DNA of 63,798 nt, counting the filler, from Choristocarpus tenellus KU-1152 (Eukaryota > Protista > Phaeophyceae), in the NCBI GenBank assembly GCA_964200185.2. It is 12 parts of 12 records of this genome, joined end to end, with 100 filler letters (N's around TTAATTAATTAA, not from the genome) between each part and the next. Parts side by side here need not be neighbours in the genome. Positions count along the whole stretch, not along the records: positions 7,627 to 13,049 come from CAXNAD020010831.1; positions 13,150 to 15,819 come from CAXNAD020025785.1; positions 15,920 to 20,400 come from CAXNAD020014358.1; positions 20,501 to 24,153 come from CAXNAD020018709.1; 8 more parts are not named here. One strand, written 5' to 3'. The notes below the pieces were generated by a model. The model saw only the letters and a list, made by a program, of their open reading frames with translations, did no database searches and was not told the origin of the DNA. Made by a program: the position numbers and the translations under genes. Shown here piece after piece: positions 12,073 through 24,115 of the stretch (positions are counted from its first letter, which is position 1; each line of letters starts with the position of its first letter).

Positions 12073-13704
12073 AAATGTCAGAGGGGTATCATAATGTAAT
12101 AGGGAAATCGACACTCTCAAGTCAAACGTAGCTCTACTGTTCCAACACGCTCCAAAACTCACCTCCACAGGACGTGTAACTCAAATTCAACGATCTTAAA
12201 ACGACACCATCGGGGCGTTGCCCTTGATGACAGTTTCTTGGGTGTCAGACAATCTTCTCTTGATGCTTCACTCAGTGCTTATCTCAAATCTTGACTGAAC
12301 GTTTGACTCAAGATAAAGACTGAAAGAAGGGTAATGGATTGTTTCGAAAAGTCCTTTTTATATCATCATCATCCACCCTTTTTCTTCAGACTATAGGTTA
12401 AAATACATCTACAAACTGCTGTATACATACTCCAATCATAACCCTTTATTCTGATTCTAGACAAACTTTATTCTTATTCTAGGAATTTTGATGTTTTTTT
12501 GTAAGGTTACGTATGCATTACGAGTCTTACTCCGCATCTTCTAAGAAATCAGCATTTCTTCTGTAAGGCTACCTATGTGCTACTAATTTCGTATAATGCT
12601 AGTGCTATTCGATTGTAACATGCCCCACACTTGAACTAGCAATACATCTTTTTCACGCTCACCACAGGCGATTGTAACTGGCGAAGACAATAGATATCAT
12701 CAATCACCTCAGATTATCCTGTGGCAAGGAGAAAGAAAGAAGAAAATAACCTAACTCCTCCTCGGTCTAAAACATGTATCCTTATCTACTTGGAGAAATC
12801 TGCCTGCATCTAGCCTAATCTGAGTATAAATTTACTCTTTTCTAAAGTATAGTCTCCCTAAGGTGCCAAGTATCATCTGATTGTTGCCTGCCTCATGCCC
12901 CCCAGCACGAAGCATACTGACGGCTGCTAGTAACAGCACATTTGGGGAATTGAGGAACGCGTGGAGTGTTGAGGATGGGTTATGATCGAAATTTGTGCGG
13001 AAAAGTACCGATATGTTTTTTTTTGAAAATGTTTCGGCACTTTTAAGGGNNNNNNNNNNNNNNNNNNNNNNNNNNNNNNNNNNNNNNNNNNNNTTAATTA
13101 ATTAANNNNNNNNNNNNNNNNNNNNNNNNNNNNNNNNNNNNNNNNNNNNCAACTGTTCTACCACATCAGCTATACCCTTCACGTAAAAAAAGTCAGAGAT
13201 TGGGGGGGGGGGGGAGGGGGGCTGAGAGTCTATACAGGTCAAAAACACAACATTGTGTAGTGTAGATAGACACATGTTTGTTTTTTGGAGTACTTGGACC
13301 TCAGTACTGCGTAGGCGTTTTCTGAAGCTCGTGGTTACAGCTATGATGCCCGTACACCCGATAAAATGACAGTTGAGATATTATTTATTTCTACAACCAC
13401 GTTTGAGAGGTCGTCCTCTTCTCAATCTCGTGCTCATACATTCTCAAGATCTCTGGGCGTTTTGTCAGTCAATTTTGTTACCTCCAACAAAGGGTTCAAG
13501 ACGAGGTCATACCACAGGGCATTTCAGTCACCCTCCCGACACCTTCAGAAGTACCGGTAACGCGTTAGAAATGTGTCAACAAGTGCACACACTTAAACAT
13601 GGCTACAAAAGTTTGCAGTGCATTTTCTTCAAAATATCATAATCGATGTATAGATTCTTCCCAGCGAGTGCATCTATAATTACAGTACAGAAAGGAACAA
13701 CCCC

Positions 13705-13985
13705 GACCATATCTGTCTATCCATTGCCGACAGAAGAAAAAAATAAATAAATACTACCAATCAGAAAAAATTGGAAGCACAAACTCAGTCCACACCTGTC
13801 TATAACTGACAGAAGAATTTCTTTCATGAGCGGTATTGCACTACCCATCAGAAAAATTGGAGCCACAAACTCAGTCCGTATCTGTCTATTACCAACAAAG
13901 ATACCGAAAACATTTATAAGCGTACTCTTACACTACCAGTCAGTACCGTTGGATTCACAAGCCCAATCCATATCTATCAATATGG
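13705..13985. repeat. Tandem array, ~87-92 bp period, ~3.5 units
   Basis: ACTACC.ATCAG.AAA.TTGG...CACAAACTCAGTCC...CTGTCTAT starts at 13753, 13840 and 13932 (more diverged), with a partial unit at ~13707. Confidence 0.75.
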
Positions 13986-14136
13986 AAATACTGCTTTGTG
14001 GGTAAACTGCCAAACAAGAGGATTGGCATCACAAAGCCTACGTAGTCCATTTCTGACAGTCTGAGGAAGGCCAGCTAAAGAAATATATACATATTTTGAT
14101 CACACACCAGCAAAGTCTCTTAGTCAACACACACAA

Positions 14137-14167
<31 letters not shown>

Positions 14168-14753
14168 TCTCTTGATGGAAAATACTACCTTATTTTTACA
14201 ATTCTCGCCTAAACAAAAAACTCACAAAAAGTATATTGATTACGCTACATGTATCATAATATTAAAATATAATTCATTTGTTTTCCTTTCTCACCTACAA
14301 AAACAAATCTTTCTCGTGAATGTGTAACTTCTTTTAAACATCTTTCAAAAACAACCACGTACTTCAAATACCACCATACGCAAATTCTCCAACACACACA
14401 ATATCTCATGTTTTCTCAACTAAACCATCACAGTTTCAAAAAATATATTTTTTCTTTCCTCTCATCTGAAGAACCTCATTTTCGATTTTTTCTAAATTAA
14501 AATAAATAAAGACCCACAGAAATCATTTTTTTCCACTCATAAAAAATATCCAACTGATTCATATCTGTATTTCTTACATTAACATGGAATACTATATGCA
14601 CTGTGGTAAACACAGAAATCGTTTTTTTTTTAACCCTTTCTTTTTCTCTAACCTGAAAAACCTCAGGATCGCTGTACTGATCCATTTTTCTTAACAGATA
14701 CATTCTCTTTTAACAGTTTCATTTTTTCTTTACCCCCCCTTTCTTTTTCTAAC

Positions 14754-14915
14754 CTGAAAAACCTCAGGATCGCCGGCCTCCCCCACATCTGGAAGCCCAA
14801 ACTCTCCTTCCACTTGCACATGGTTCAGAAAGATCTGGATCAGCTCCAATACCTGCTTGCCAGCCCCTTCCGCCTTTGACCTAAACTCTGGAAACGTGCT
14901 GTTGTACAAGTAATC
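14754..14915 (-). CDS. Probable isolated exon of an unidentified protein (DYLYNSTFPEFRSKAEGAGKQVLELIQIFLNHVQVEGEFGLPDVGEAGDPEVFQ)
   Basis: GC-richer open segment within AT-rich DNA ending at a CAG|GTTAG donor. The acceptor context is poor and the family is not recognised. Confidence 0.5.
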
Positions 14916-15742
14916 CTTTTTTTTTTTTAAAGACACAAAAAAACATAAATGTAACAAACATTGACACAAAAACAAAGTAAGAAGTAAAGATGTGTTGCAG
15001 GGGGGGCGGGGGGAAACTTTGTCCATAACCCTAAGAAAATATATATAATCTCCTCTGTTCAAGCACAAGATGCGATAGTCAGCACGGTGGTTTTTGTTCA
15101 CTCCTAGAAAACTATTAAAAATCACAGGTTCATTAAAAAAACAAAACAAAAACTACTCAGAACGTGCGAGGGAGATCAGTTCCCGTAGTGATAAAGAGGC
15201 CTACAGAGATTTTAGGGTTAGGGTTGGGATGAGACCTCACAATGTCTTATTTTTTTCTCGCAAGACCACAAATGATAATAATAATAATAATAATATACTC
15301 CAAACTAATCCGACACCATCTCATGCCACCTACAGCTCTGGCCACACAGCAACTATCGCACTTGAAACTCAAAATGAATTCTGACAAGAGTAAAAGAGGA
15401 AGGGTATCAGACTATTCTCATATCTGTACGTACGTAACGCCCCGGCCGGGACTCTCAGAACCACTGCGGAGAGGTCAGGAGCGGAGAGAAGAGGAAGAAG
15501 AAAAAGAAGAAAGAAATGACTGCAACCGTCCGCAATGCTACAAACAAAAAACAGAAAAAATACGAAGAAGAACGCACAGTAGTGTAGTGGGCACCAAACA
15601 AAAAAAAATAGCCTCCGCAGCAGGTGGCACCCACCCTAACCCTAATACTCTATTCCTAACCCTAGCCCTAACCCCTATCTGCAACAATGGTGCAGAAGCA
15701 ACAAACTAAACGGACACTGAGTTCGCCGGTTCATCTCGATCT

Positions 15743-15782
<40 letters not shown>

Positions 15783-16026
15783 CAACCCCGCCGTCCCCCC
15801 CGCGCCGCCGGCAACGACGNNNNNNNNNNNNNNNNNNNNNNNNNNNNNNNNNNNNNNNNNNNNTTAATTAATTAANNNNNNNNNNNNNNNNNNNNNNNNN
15901 NNNNNNNNNNNNNNNNNNNAGTCACCAGGGAGATGGGGTCTGTTGGATTCTGAGGATGCTTCCTTAGCTCCCCCCCCGGGGCACAGGAGTAGGTAAATGG
16001 GAAGATAAGGAAGACACTAGTACAAT

Positions 16027-16365
16027 ATTTGATAGTGGTGAAGTAACTGGTTAGTGGTTTCCACACTTACAATGAATGTTTTATAGTGTTCTTATGTTTA
16101 GGATCTTTTATTTATTTAGGGCTAATAACGACATATGTATAGTTTTCATTGATTTCCCCCTAGACACATCTGCAAAATGTTAGAAGGCATAATAATATAT
16201 ATATTTGATAGTGGTGAAGTAACTGATAGATTAGTGGTTTCCACACTTACAGTGTTTTATAGTGTTCTCACGTTTAGGATGTTTTATTTCTTTAGGGCTA
16301 ATAACGACATAGTTTTCATTGATTTTCCCCCTGGCACATCAGCAAAATGTCAGAGGGAATAATAA
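16027..16365. repeat. Direct tandem duplication (~176 bp x2) of a dispersed repeat (family D)
   Basis: TTTGATAGTGGTGAAGTAACTG...GGTTTCCACACTTACA...GGGCTAATAACGACAT...CACATC.GCAAAATGT.AGA occurs twice. The 3' part is also homologous to the flanks of the MITE at 11814. Confidence 0.85.
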
Positions 16366-18179
16366 TTAACATTTTTTACAGCCATCGGGTTCTTTCAGAG
16401 TTAGTTAGTTAGTCATACAGTTCTCACAACACTATAGCAATTTAGTATCTGATATCTTGTTATCGGTAGTGTGATACCAAATTTTATATCAGGTTAAAGT
16501 GATGTGATACGATGCTGACATAGTGATGGTGGAGTCACACGTGTCTGTTACTGTTACTTTAGCAGCAATCAATGAGTGCATAGGAAGCGGTATGGACCTC
16601 TCCAACATAAAGGAAGACTTGAACAGGTTCAGGTTTGGGTTGAGGTTCTGCACTCACTTCTTGAGTCACATTTCCTACCTGAGACATTCCTAACATTTTG
16701 AAAGGATGAAATGCCATAGGGTTAGAGTTACAGGGTGTGTACAGTGAGGACAATGCAGGACTGATTTAATTGAATGGGGAAGAGTTCTTCTGAATTGATA
16801 TTGTGATATCAACAACAATCATCCATCCCTTGCAGCAGCAATGTTATGTACGTTGAATGCTCATTGTGGAGTTATTAAGTCATAACCAAGTCTAGGAGGC
16901 AAATGAGCGCTGTGCGTGGTATGTGCGTTGTGTTATGTTAGTGTTATGTTTGTGTCATGTGTGTTGTGGTTGTCTGGAGCCTCTCGTACAAGCCATAACC
17001 CTATATACTGTACTGTATTCACACACCATGAAAGCACAGGTGTAGCATTGCAAATAGCTTGTTTTATATTTTTTAGGTGATGTTAGGGTGAGGGTTAGGG
17101 TTAGGGCTGTAAGAGATCGAAAAGGACACACCCAAGCATTCAACATACAACAAACATATGACTCTATATAACGTACACAATACAACTCCTGTTCCTGTTA
17201 TCACAAGCCACGTCAAGCACCCCCTCCCTACCCTACAACCTGTCCCCGCATCCATTTTTCTGTGCTATGTTTGACGCAACACAACACAGGACCACTGGTG
17301 GCTTAGTGGTATTCACCGCAGCATACGTATGGTGTCTCTTCCTCAGTATTGTGCATTCTCTGACTTATCATGGTAGGTACCATGTGGGTACTATCAGGGT
17401 ACCATGTGGGGGAAAGGGCGGGGGGATATTTGTTGGTGTAGTTTGAGCCTGATGGAGATGGAGAGCCAGTGTTGGTTGTGTTTGTCTGTTGCGGTAAAAG
17501 ATTGTGTCGACAGTAGAGCAAGACTGTGGTCATTTCTGTAGTAATGTGCCTAAGGAGTCATTGCCATTGTAACATCTAATGGAGTCACCACAGTGTGCTC
17601 CTATCTAAATCATGAGGGTTAGGGTTAGGGTTATTTTTATTGTCTCTATGTAGAGGAGGATGTATAAAGGTAAACACATGCATCAGGTCCGCCACGGTAG
17701 CCACTGCTGATCTAAAGGTTATGGTACTAAGGGTACTGTGTTCAAATCATATTGATTTTCTAAGGGTTAGGGAACGGCTCACATGAGTGGTACTGGTATT
17801 ATACCAAGTACTTTTTGTAATGGACGCTGTCTGTTCAGATGGTTTGTTGTGATTGAACAAGGGCACTTTCCAACATCTTAAGCAATCTTCCTGGTATACA
17901 TCTGTGCCACCAAAACTTTCTGACAAGAGATCAATTTTGAAAAGAGAGATAGCGATAATGCACCCCCACAAGGTGTTAAAAAAAGTATAATAGTAAAAAA
18001 AAAAAATAGTAACAAAATAATAGTATCAAAATAATAGTAACTATGTTGCTGCTGTTGCCCATCCACTGCTCTTTACTGTCAGCTTCTCATTCACCCCCCC
18101 CCTCTCCTCCCCCCCATCACACACACGCCATCCACATCTTCTGCTTTCATTGTTGATAAGACTGTGTTCCACCCTGTAC

Positions 18180-18427
18180 AAGAAGAGGACAAGGGGGCAT
18201 CCGCCAGCATCAGGTTCCTCCTAGAGAGGTGGGGGATAAAGGGGGCAGGGAAGGTGGTGCAGGTAAGGGCATCCCTGTTTGAGGAGGGGGTGATGCCTCT
18301 TCCCACCATGGATGCAAATCACGCCTGCGAAGGGAACACTGATGCCAACGCCTCCATGGTGGATGAACGGCCTGTGGCGGAGGTGGTTTTCAACACAGGC
18401 GGTTGTCATGTTGGGCTGTACCTGAAG
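18180..18427 (+). CDS. Probable exon of an unidentified protein (...IRFLLERWGIKGAGKVVQVRASLFEEG...VAEVVFNTGGCHVGLYLK)
   Basis: GC-rich, protein-like ORF ending at a AAG|GTGGGA donor. No family recognised. Confidence 0.4.
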
Positions 18428-18844
18428 GTGGGATAAGTTGAGTTCATGAAACAAACCTTTCAGAATGGCTGAAGGTGGGTTTACCAAGTTATATAATTGT
18501 TGTTTTTAGTGTGGGGTTTTGTTTGTGACTATGGTATAGATCAATGCAGTATTCCTATTAATAAGGGGAAATTAAAGTGTCTAACAGCCTAACATTAGTC
18601 TGGGTAATGAATAGTGAAGTGTAAGGTATTTTGAGTGGTGCCTGAGTGAGTGTTTCACAAAGAGGGTGGAGACAAAGGTCAAAAATGAACTCGAAAAGAT
18701 TTATGTGTGGAGTGAGAGAGACAGAGTAAGATGTATGTGTGGCACTTACTGCAGTATAGTATAGTATAGTATAGTAGGATTCAATTGATGCTTGTGTAAG
18801 CACTGCACAATCTTGGTGTACAATATCAATGATACTAAATTGGT

Positions 18845-19244
18845 ACTATCAACATTGCAGAAGAATCAAACACAATTGATCGTCGTGTTTGAGTTCCGAG
18901 GGTGCTGCAGACTAGTTATTTCAAACAGACACTTTGTACAAAAATTTGAAGATACCATTTTTGAAGCAGGAATTGGTTCAAAGGTTGGGAGTTCCATCAA
19001 AATGTATTTTATTGGGGGATGCCCTTTGTAGCTCAATCAGGTCAAGGACTGCCGACTATTGATAAGCTGTACTTCCGTTCAGTATTCTATTATTGCAAGT
19101 TATAGTGGGATTATGTACGCGCCTTTTAAACTTTGGGAAACTCCTCTGCCCCTTGTGTAGTTTGTCGTGGGCAGCTTCAGGTATCGCTTTTTGAAGTGCA
19201 GAAAGACATGTAGACTGTTGCTTATGATGTACAAAATGTTGCAA
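18845..19244 (-). pseudogene. Decayed D5-like primase-helicase (D5_N-like) fragment, possibly viral or Polinton-like
   Basis: One frame with in-frame stops reads ...LDLIELQRASPNKIHFDGTPNL*TNSCFKNGIFKFLYK...ELKHDDQL, resembling the D5_N pattern FDxxPxL...FxNGhhDL...DDY. Confidence 0.4.
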
Positions 19245-20179
19245 GTCGCTTGCTACCTATACACAAGTGAGCTGTAGTACCTCTTGCTCTTTTTCTTGCT
19301 AAGCGTTGAATTTTCTTATATTACGGTATTGCAGTTTCTTATTACAATTATCACTTTCTCCCAGAATAGCAGGTATTCGATCATATACTTCAAAATACTA
19401 GAGGTTAAGGTCAAAGTTGAAGTCAACGTTTTGCCCTCGCCCTCCCTACCTCTCCCCCTCCTTAACCTCAATATACCCCCCCACCTCATCCCCCCCTAAT
19501 CCCCAACTACATAACTATTGCCTCTCCTGAGCACATACTAAACCTCCCCACTCTGACTATATCACCTGATCAAGGTGGAGTCACCTGAACTTTGAACAGC
19601 GGAGCGGCCTTATCTTTACACCCTAGTCATCCCAGTACATACTATTCCACCAAGTCTTGAAGAATTGTCACTCGTAGGGAGACCAAACACCGGACAGAGA
19701 CCAAACACTGAAGAGGAACCGCAACTACTGCGATGTGAGAGCTGCCGGGTGGGGTTTCGAAAGGTGAAAGACAGGCACAGACAGACCACCGAGCCAATTG
19801 GTTAAGATGAAGGTAGTGACTGTCAATCTTGGTCTGTGCTGGAGGTTTTAGTGCAGCACACAAGACATTGTCTCATGAGATGATGCAATGCAGGGTCAGG
19901 TAATTGTTTGGGATATGTTGTGCTCTGGGATGTCGTTGGGGGGGGTGGACCATATTTTGAACTTGGCAACACGTATGATGTGGTTGAGTTTCTGCACATA
20001 TATTTTTAATTGGCCGTAGGGACCTGCTTTTGTGTGTGGAAGCACTGTTGGTGGCAACGCTGTATGTAAATTTTCAGAATTAGTGTAAGTACGTAAAAAT
20101 ATGTAAAACCCCTTGGAAGTTGGAAGTATGCAAGATAAGTAGGCAATACCTCTACCATGTTGTGATCATCTAGTACAAA

Positions 20180-20359
20180 GCTTCAAATTATCCAGGGGGC
20201 GGAGTGGCGGCTATCCATTTGGGGTCAATTTTTCATGTCGTAATTTTTGGGTGATTTGGTTGCGTACGTCGGATGGATCACGTAAATGCACTTTTCCTGG
20301 TTTGGACCTAAATAGACACCCTCGTGTAGATAGCCCCCCCCCCCCAGATACTTTGGGTC
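20180..20359. mobile_element. MITE family B copy (~180 bp)
   Basis: Full interior (GTGGCGGCT.TCCATTTGGGG...GGATGGAT...GTGTAGA) and right end CCCCAGATACTTTGGGTC. A partial copy is also at 20541-20602. Confidence 0.85.
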
Positions 20360-20964
20360 AAAACAAATCTTCAAAATAGCAAACTGAGTTAAGTTGGCCA
20401 NNNNNNNNNNNNNNNNNNNNNNNNNNNNNNNNNNNNNNNNNNNNTTAATTAATTAANNNNNNNNNNNNNNNNNNNNNNNNNNNNNNNNNNNNNNNNNNNN
20501 CCGATCTCCCTCGTGATGTTGCTTGGCACAATACCCACAGGGGCCAAAGTAACGGGGGGGGGGGGGGTCCGCACTGGGGTGTCCATTTGGGCCCTGACCA
20601 AGTGTTGGAAAAATGGTATATTTGAGTGTCTTTAGCCATGGAGGGTTGATCTTGTTTCGATAAAATGTGGCATGTCCTCCACTTAGGATATGTTCTTAGT
20701 GCTTAGATTTAAATTGGACTGTGTGATGATGTTCCAAAAGTAGCCTGTTCTTATGTGTATTTTTTGAGTCGGGTGTTTGGTGTTTTGATGAAGTGTGGAT
20801 TATAGGGGTTATCTCTCTTGTAGGTTTATCGCCTTGATGGTTGGATTGTGTTATGAAATACGGGAGATTATGTCATATGTAGCAGAAGCAATATCTATTT
20901 GTCAATTGACCTTGGGTCCCCATCAATATCTGAGGGCGTGAAGGGAGAATACTTGTGCATTGTA

Positions 20965-21223
20965 GAGTGAAAGTATCTTTGAGGGTACGAGTTTTGCCCT
21001 GTTTGTCCGTTTGGGCTTGGCTTCCCATGTGTTTTTTTGATGACATTTTCCTACTCCAAAATATTTCGGAGTAGGCAAAATGTACACGTTATGAAAAGGT
21101 GCATCCAGAACAAGGATATTGTTATTTCCTAACAAACACAATAGCCAAAATTTCATCCAAATCACAAGATTGGATTGTGGCCCCCAAATGGATGCAGCTT
21201 TACCCTCTAAGATACATTGGCTC
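20965..21223. mobile_element. MITE family A copy (259 bp)
   Basis: GAGTGAAAGTATCTTTGAGGGTA ... TACCCTCTAAGATACATTGGCTC. Flanks TGTA| and |GTA. Confidence 0.9.
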
Positions 21224-22059
21224 GTATGTACTAGGGGATGCGAAGGGACGAGTTGATTGCAGGTACATTCGCGTTTTGTATATTAGAGGAATATAATTAT
21301 GTCCCTTATGAAGTGCAGAATGTCATGTCAATGTCCTAAAGTGCGATATCCTCCTGAGACGAATGCGTGCTCGTTGTTGGTTGTGTTTGTATATAGCTTA
21401 CAAGGAGCGCTACATATAAAAGACCGCACTACAAGGGGATGCGACAAACCCATCCCATTGTGATGTTTATTTATTTGTAATGTAAGAACAGGTGCTCTTT
21501 TTAACAAACACAGCGAAGCAAATTTTTAATTCCGATGTTAATATTCTATTGATATATCTCTAAATACACCATGATGTATGTCAGTAGTCGTAAGGAAATA
21601 TTTGACCAAGATGTAGATTCCAAACATTGATGGTAATCAGGGCAATAAACGAAGGTGTCGTAGCAGCACACCTATATAGAAAAGATAGGACGTGAAAACA
21701 GAATCTAATAAATGAAAAGTGAACCACCTCAACAATGTCTGCCTTATATAGGACAAGATGTCCACGGAAGCATGATGTACTGGATGGATGAAGGGAGAGG
21801 GTAACACATGACTACGAATTACAGAAGATTGTAGCCTGTCCGACGCTGTGTCGTCTTGTTTGATGGGATGTTGTTTGATGTAGTGATAAGAAGAACCAAA
21901 ACAAACAAACAACGTGTGAACTTAGGAGGGAAAAATCTCCGCAGAATAATTCTATTTAGAATATTGATTTGAAAATTCTCGGAACATTCCTGAATGTGCT
22001 GTTTCAAAATCGTACACATTTTCGTATACACAAAAAGAGAACAGCATTTTGTAAATCTA

Positions 22060-22546
22060 GCGTAACTCACCCTGTCCGCACGTGACAGGTGAACTGTCAG
22101 CACTCCATCTACAAAACTGGCAGTCAACATCTCGAACTCTTCCCTCACAAACACCATCTCATCACCAGCACTGAACATTCCTCCGTAGCTGGAATGGCGT
22201 TCCATTTAATAGTCTCCTTTTCGTGTACAATGAACGGCAGGAACTCCAACCCATTGTACTCCGATGGCTCCGTTCGAACAATGCGTACATTCCCCACCAC
22301 GAGCTTCCTCTTCTTCCTAGAGAGATGACTCCTAAGGTACATGTCGCCCACGTTGTCCTCGGGGGAAAATCCGAGGTAGATCTCCTTCAACATGGGCACG
22401 TGAGTGCCCTGTCTGCCACTTGCAGCTCGCGACATTACCACTGGAACAGCTGGTGTAGTAGCACGACATCTCGGAGTACATGACCGTGGGGGAGTTACCG
22501 TTTGGCACGTGGACTGGTGAAGAACCTGTGCATGCAAAGCAGCCAC
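22060..22546 (-). pseudogene. Intronless frameshifted ORF of unknown (possibly viral) protein
   Basis: Overlapping minus ORFs 22145-22546 and 21819-22205 read as one protein-like sequence across a frameshift (KEIYLGFSPEDNVGDMYL...EFLPFIVHEKETIKW / GDEMVFVREEFEMLTASFVDGVLTVHL). Confidence 0.35.
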
Positions 22547-22629
22547 AAAATTTTACAGCAACAGTTCGAGAGATGACAATGACTACGTGTCCAACTTCAG
22601 CGGTGGTGATGACGATTCCTTGAGAAAAT

Positions 22630-23629
22630 GCCGAGCACCCTGTCGAGGTCTATTCTTGGGAGGAATTCGACAGGGTTCCGACAACCAATAGAGCCGACTG
22701 AAGCGCGAACGAGAAGAGCGAGGATGAGGTTATGGCTAAAAGGACGAGAGAGATTAACGGGTCTGGCGAGGGCGAAGTGGACAGTGTAGAGGAGGTGATC
22801 TACATTTTCGATCCCCTCCTGAAAAGAGGTTCACTACCTATAGGACGGACCCTGCGAACCGAGGACCCTAGTGGAAACAGGGGTGGGGGTCCCCTTCCTT
22901 TGGAGTGCAGAGGTTCTGAGGAACATGTAGACAATGATAAGAAGAAGGAAAGACATAATACTCCCCCTACGACCTTGCTGCACAATATCTTATCTTCTGT
23001 AGAGAGCAACAGGGACAACAGGCTCAATGTATCTGGGGGGGGTGGCGGCTGTCCATTTGGGACCAATTTTTTCATGTCACAATTTTTGGATGATCTGGTT
23101 CCATGCTTCGGATGGATAATGAAAGTGCACATTTCCTGGTTTTTGTTCAAATGGACACCCTGGTGTAGACACCCCCCCCCCCTCCCAGATACTTTGGGTC
23201 AACAAAAAGAAAGCTGTTGCCAGAAGGGGAAGTGCTGCAGCACTTGCAGAAAGTGGTAACCGTCCCAGATCCGGTGATTACCCCCCCACCAGACGATAAT
23301 CGATGGACTCTGATGGTAAGTTCAACATCGGAATGACAGATAAATTCCTTGAGGCTTGCATGGAGGAACTCATGGAGGAACTCATCCGTTCAACAAACAA
23401 ATCTGCATCAACATACAACTGTATGCAAACCTGGTTCCTCCAGCAGGTTATACACCACCACAGCTTTAAATCAATGCGGACTGATAAAGGTGCTGAGGTC
23501 ATTATGCTGGATGACTACTGCTACACCCACAAAGGAATGCTCGATGGCTTGTATGATGGCAGAGGAAATGCTAAGAAGACGTTGCGTGTGTCGAATAACC
23601 CGGTGTTATACTTACGTTTTCTGTGCTGA
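22630..23629 (+). pseudogene. Intronless acidic ORF disrupted by a MITE; unknown (possibly viral) protein
   Basis: Removing MITE 23021-23200 plus one AACA joins ORF 22732 in frame (..RDN-KKKAVARR..) to ORF 23303-23629, with one intervening stop. Confidence 0.45.
23021..23200. mobile_element. MITE family B full copy (180 bp), TSD AACA
   Basis: GGCTCAATGTATCTGGGG ... CCCAGATACTTTGGGTC. AACA at 23017-23020 and 23201-23204. Confidence 0.92.
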
Positions 23630-23857
23630 TACACGTATATAACATAGGTTTCATGTATGTTATAAATCAATGCGGACTGGTAAAGGTGCTAAGGTCATTA
23701 TGCTGGATGACTACTGCTACGCCCACAAAGGAATGCTCGATGGCTTATATGATGGCAGAGGAAATGCCAAGAAGACGCTGCATGTGTCAAATAACTCAGT
23801 GTTATCCTTACATTGTCGGTGCTGATACAAGTATATAACATAGGTTCATGTACGTTT
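23467..23857. repeat. Tandem duplication, 196-bp period x2
   Basis: TAAATCAATGCGGACTG.TAAAGGTGCT.AGGTCATTATGCTGGATGACTACTGCTAC... starts at 23467 and 23663. Confidence 0.92.
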
Positions 23858-24074
23858 ATATTTGGTTTGGTACAATACAATTTGTAACGTGCAAATGGTA
23901 TGAAAAGCAACGGTATGATGAGTCAGTGTTCATACATACGTCAGTGATATTGGACACCTGATGGACAATTACTAATTCAGTTATGTTTTACCATGTAACT
24001 CAACCAGCGGCTTTGGGCGATGAGCCCTACATGAGCTAAGCTTCTCAACAGCGTGTGGAGGACACTGAAGTGCT

Positions 24075-24115
24075 GGGTCAAAGTATCTGGGGGGGGGGGG
24101 GGGGGGGGGGGGGCG
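24075..24115. mobile_element. MITE family B truncated at contig end
   Basis: GGGTCAAAGTATCT + poly-G. Similar truncated ends at 30208-30234, 32903-32930, 50013-50048 and 50212-50254. Confidence 0.7.

Noticed and set aside
13705-13985. CRISPR array
   Set aside because: Repeats are too long and divergent, spacers are partly homologous, there are no cas genes, and the context is eukaryotic.
19100-19200. TnpB/Fanzor, from 'FPKFKRR'
   Set aside because: Single short motif with no RuvC or zinc-finger motifs downstream; the same frame fits D5_N better.
20923-21165. Recurrent similar short ORFs (also 28720-29025, 30780-30974, 54306-54506) as a small-protein family
   Set aside because: They are chance frames within non-coding MITE family A; stops and frames differ between copies.
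22550-23629. CRESS-DNA virus Rep with origin stem-loop
   Set aside because: No HUH endonuclease motifs, no Walker A and no nonanucleotide in the loop; kept only as an unclassified relic.
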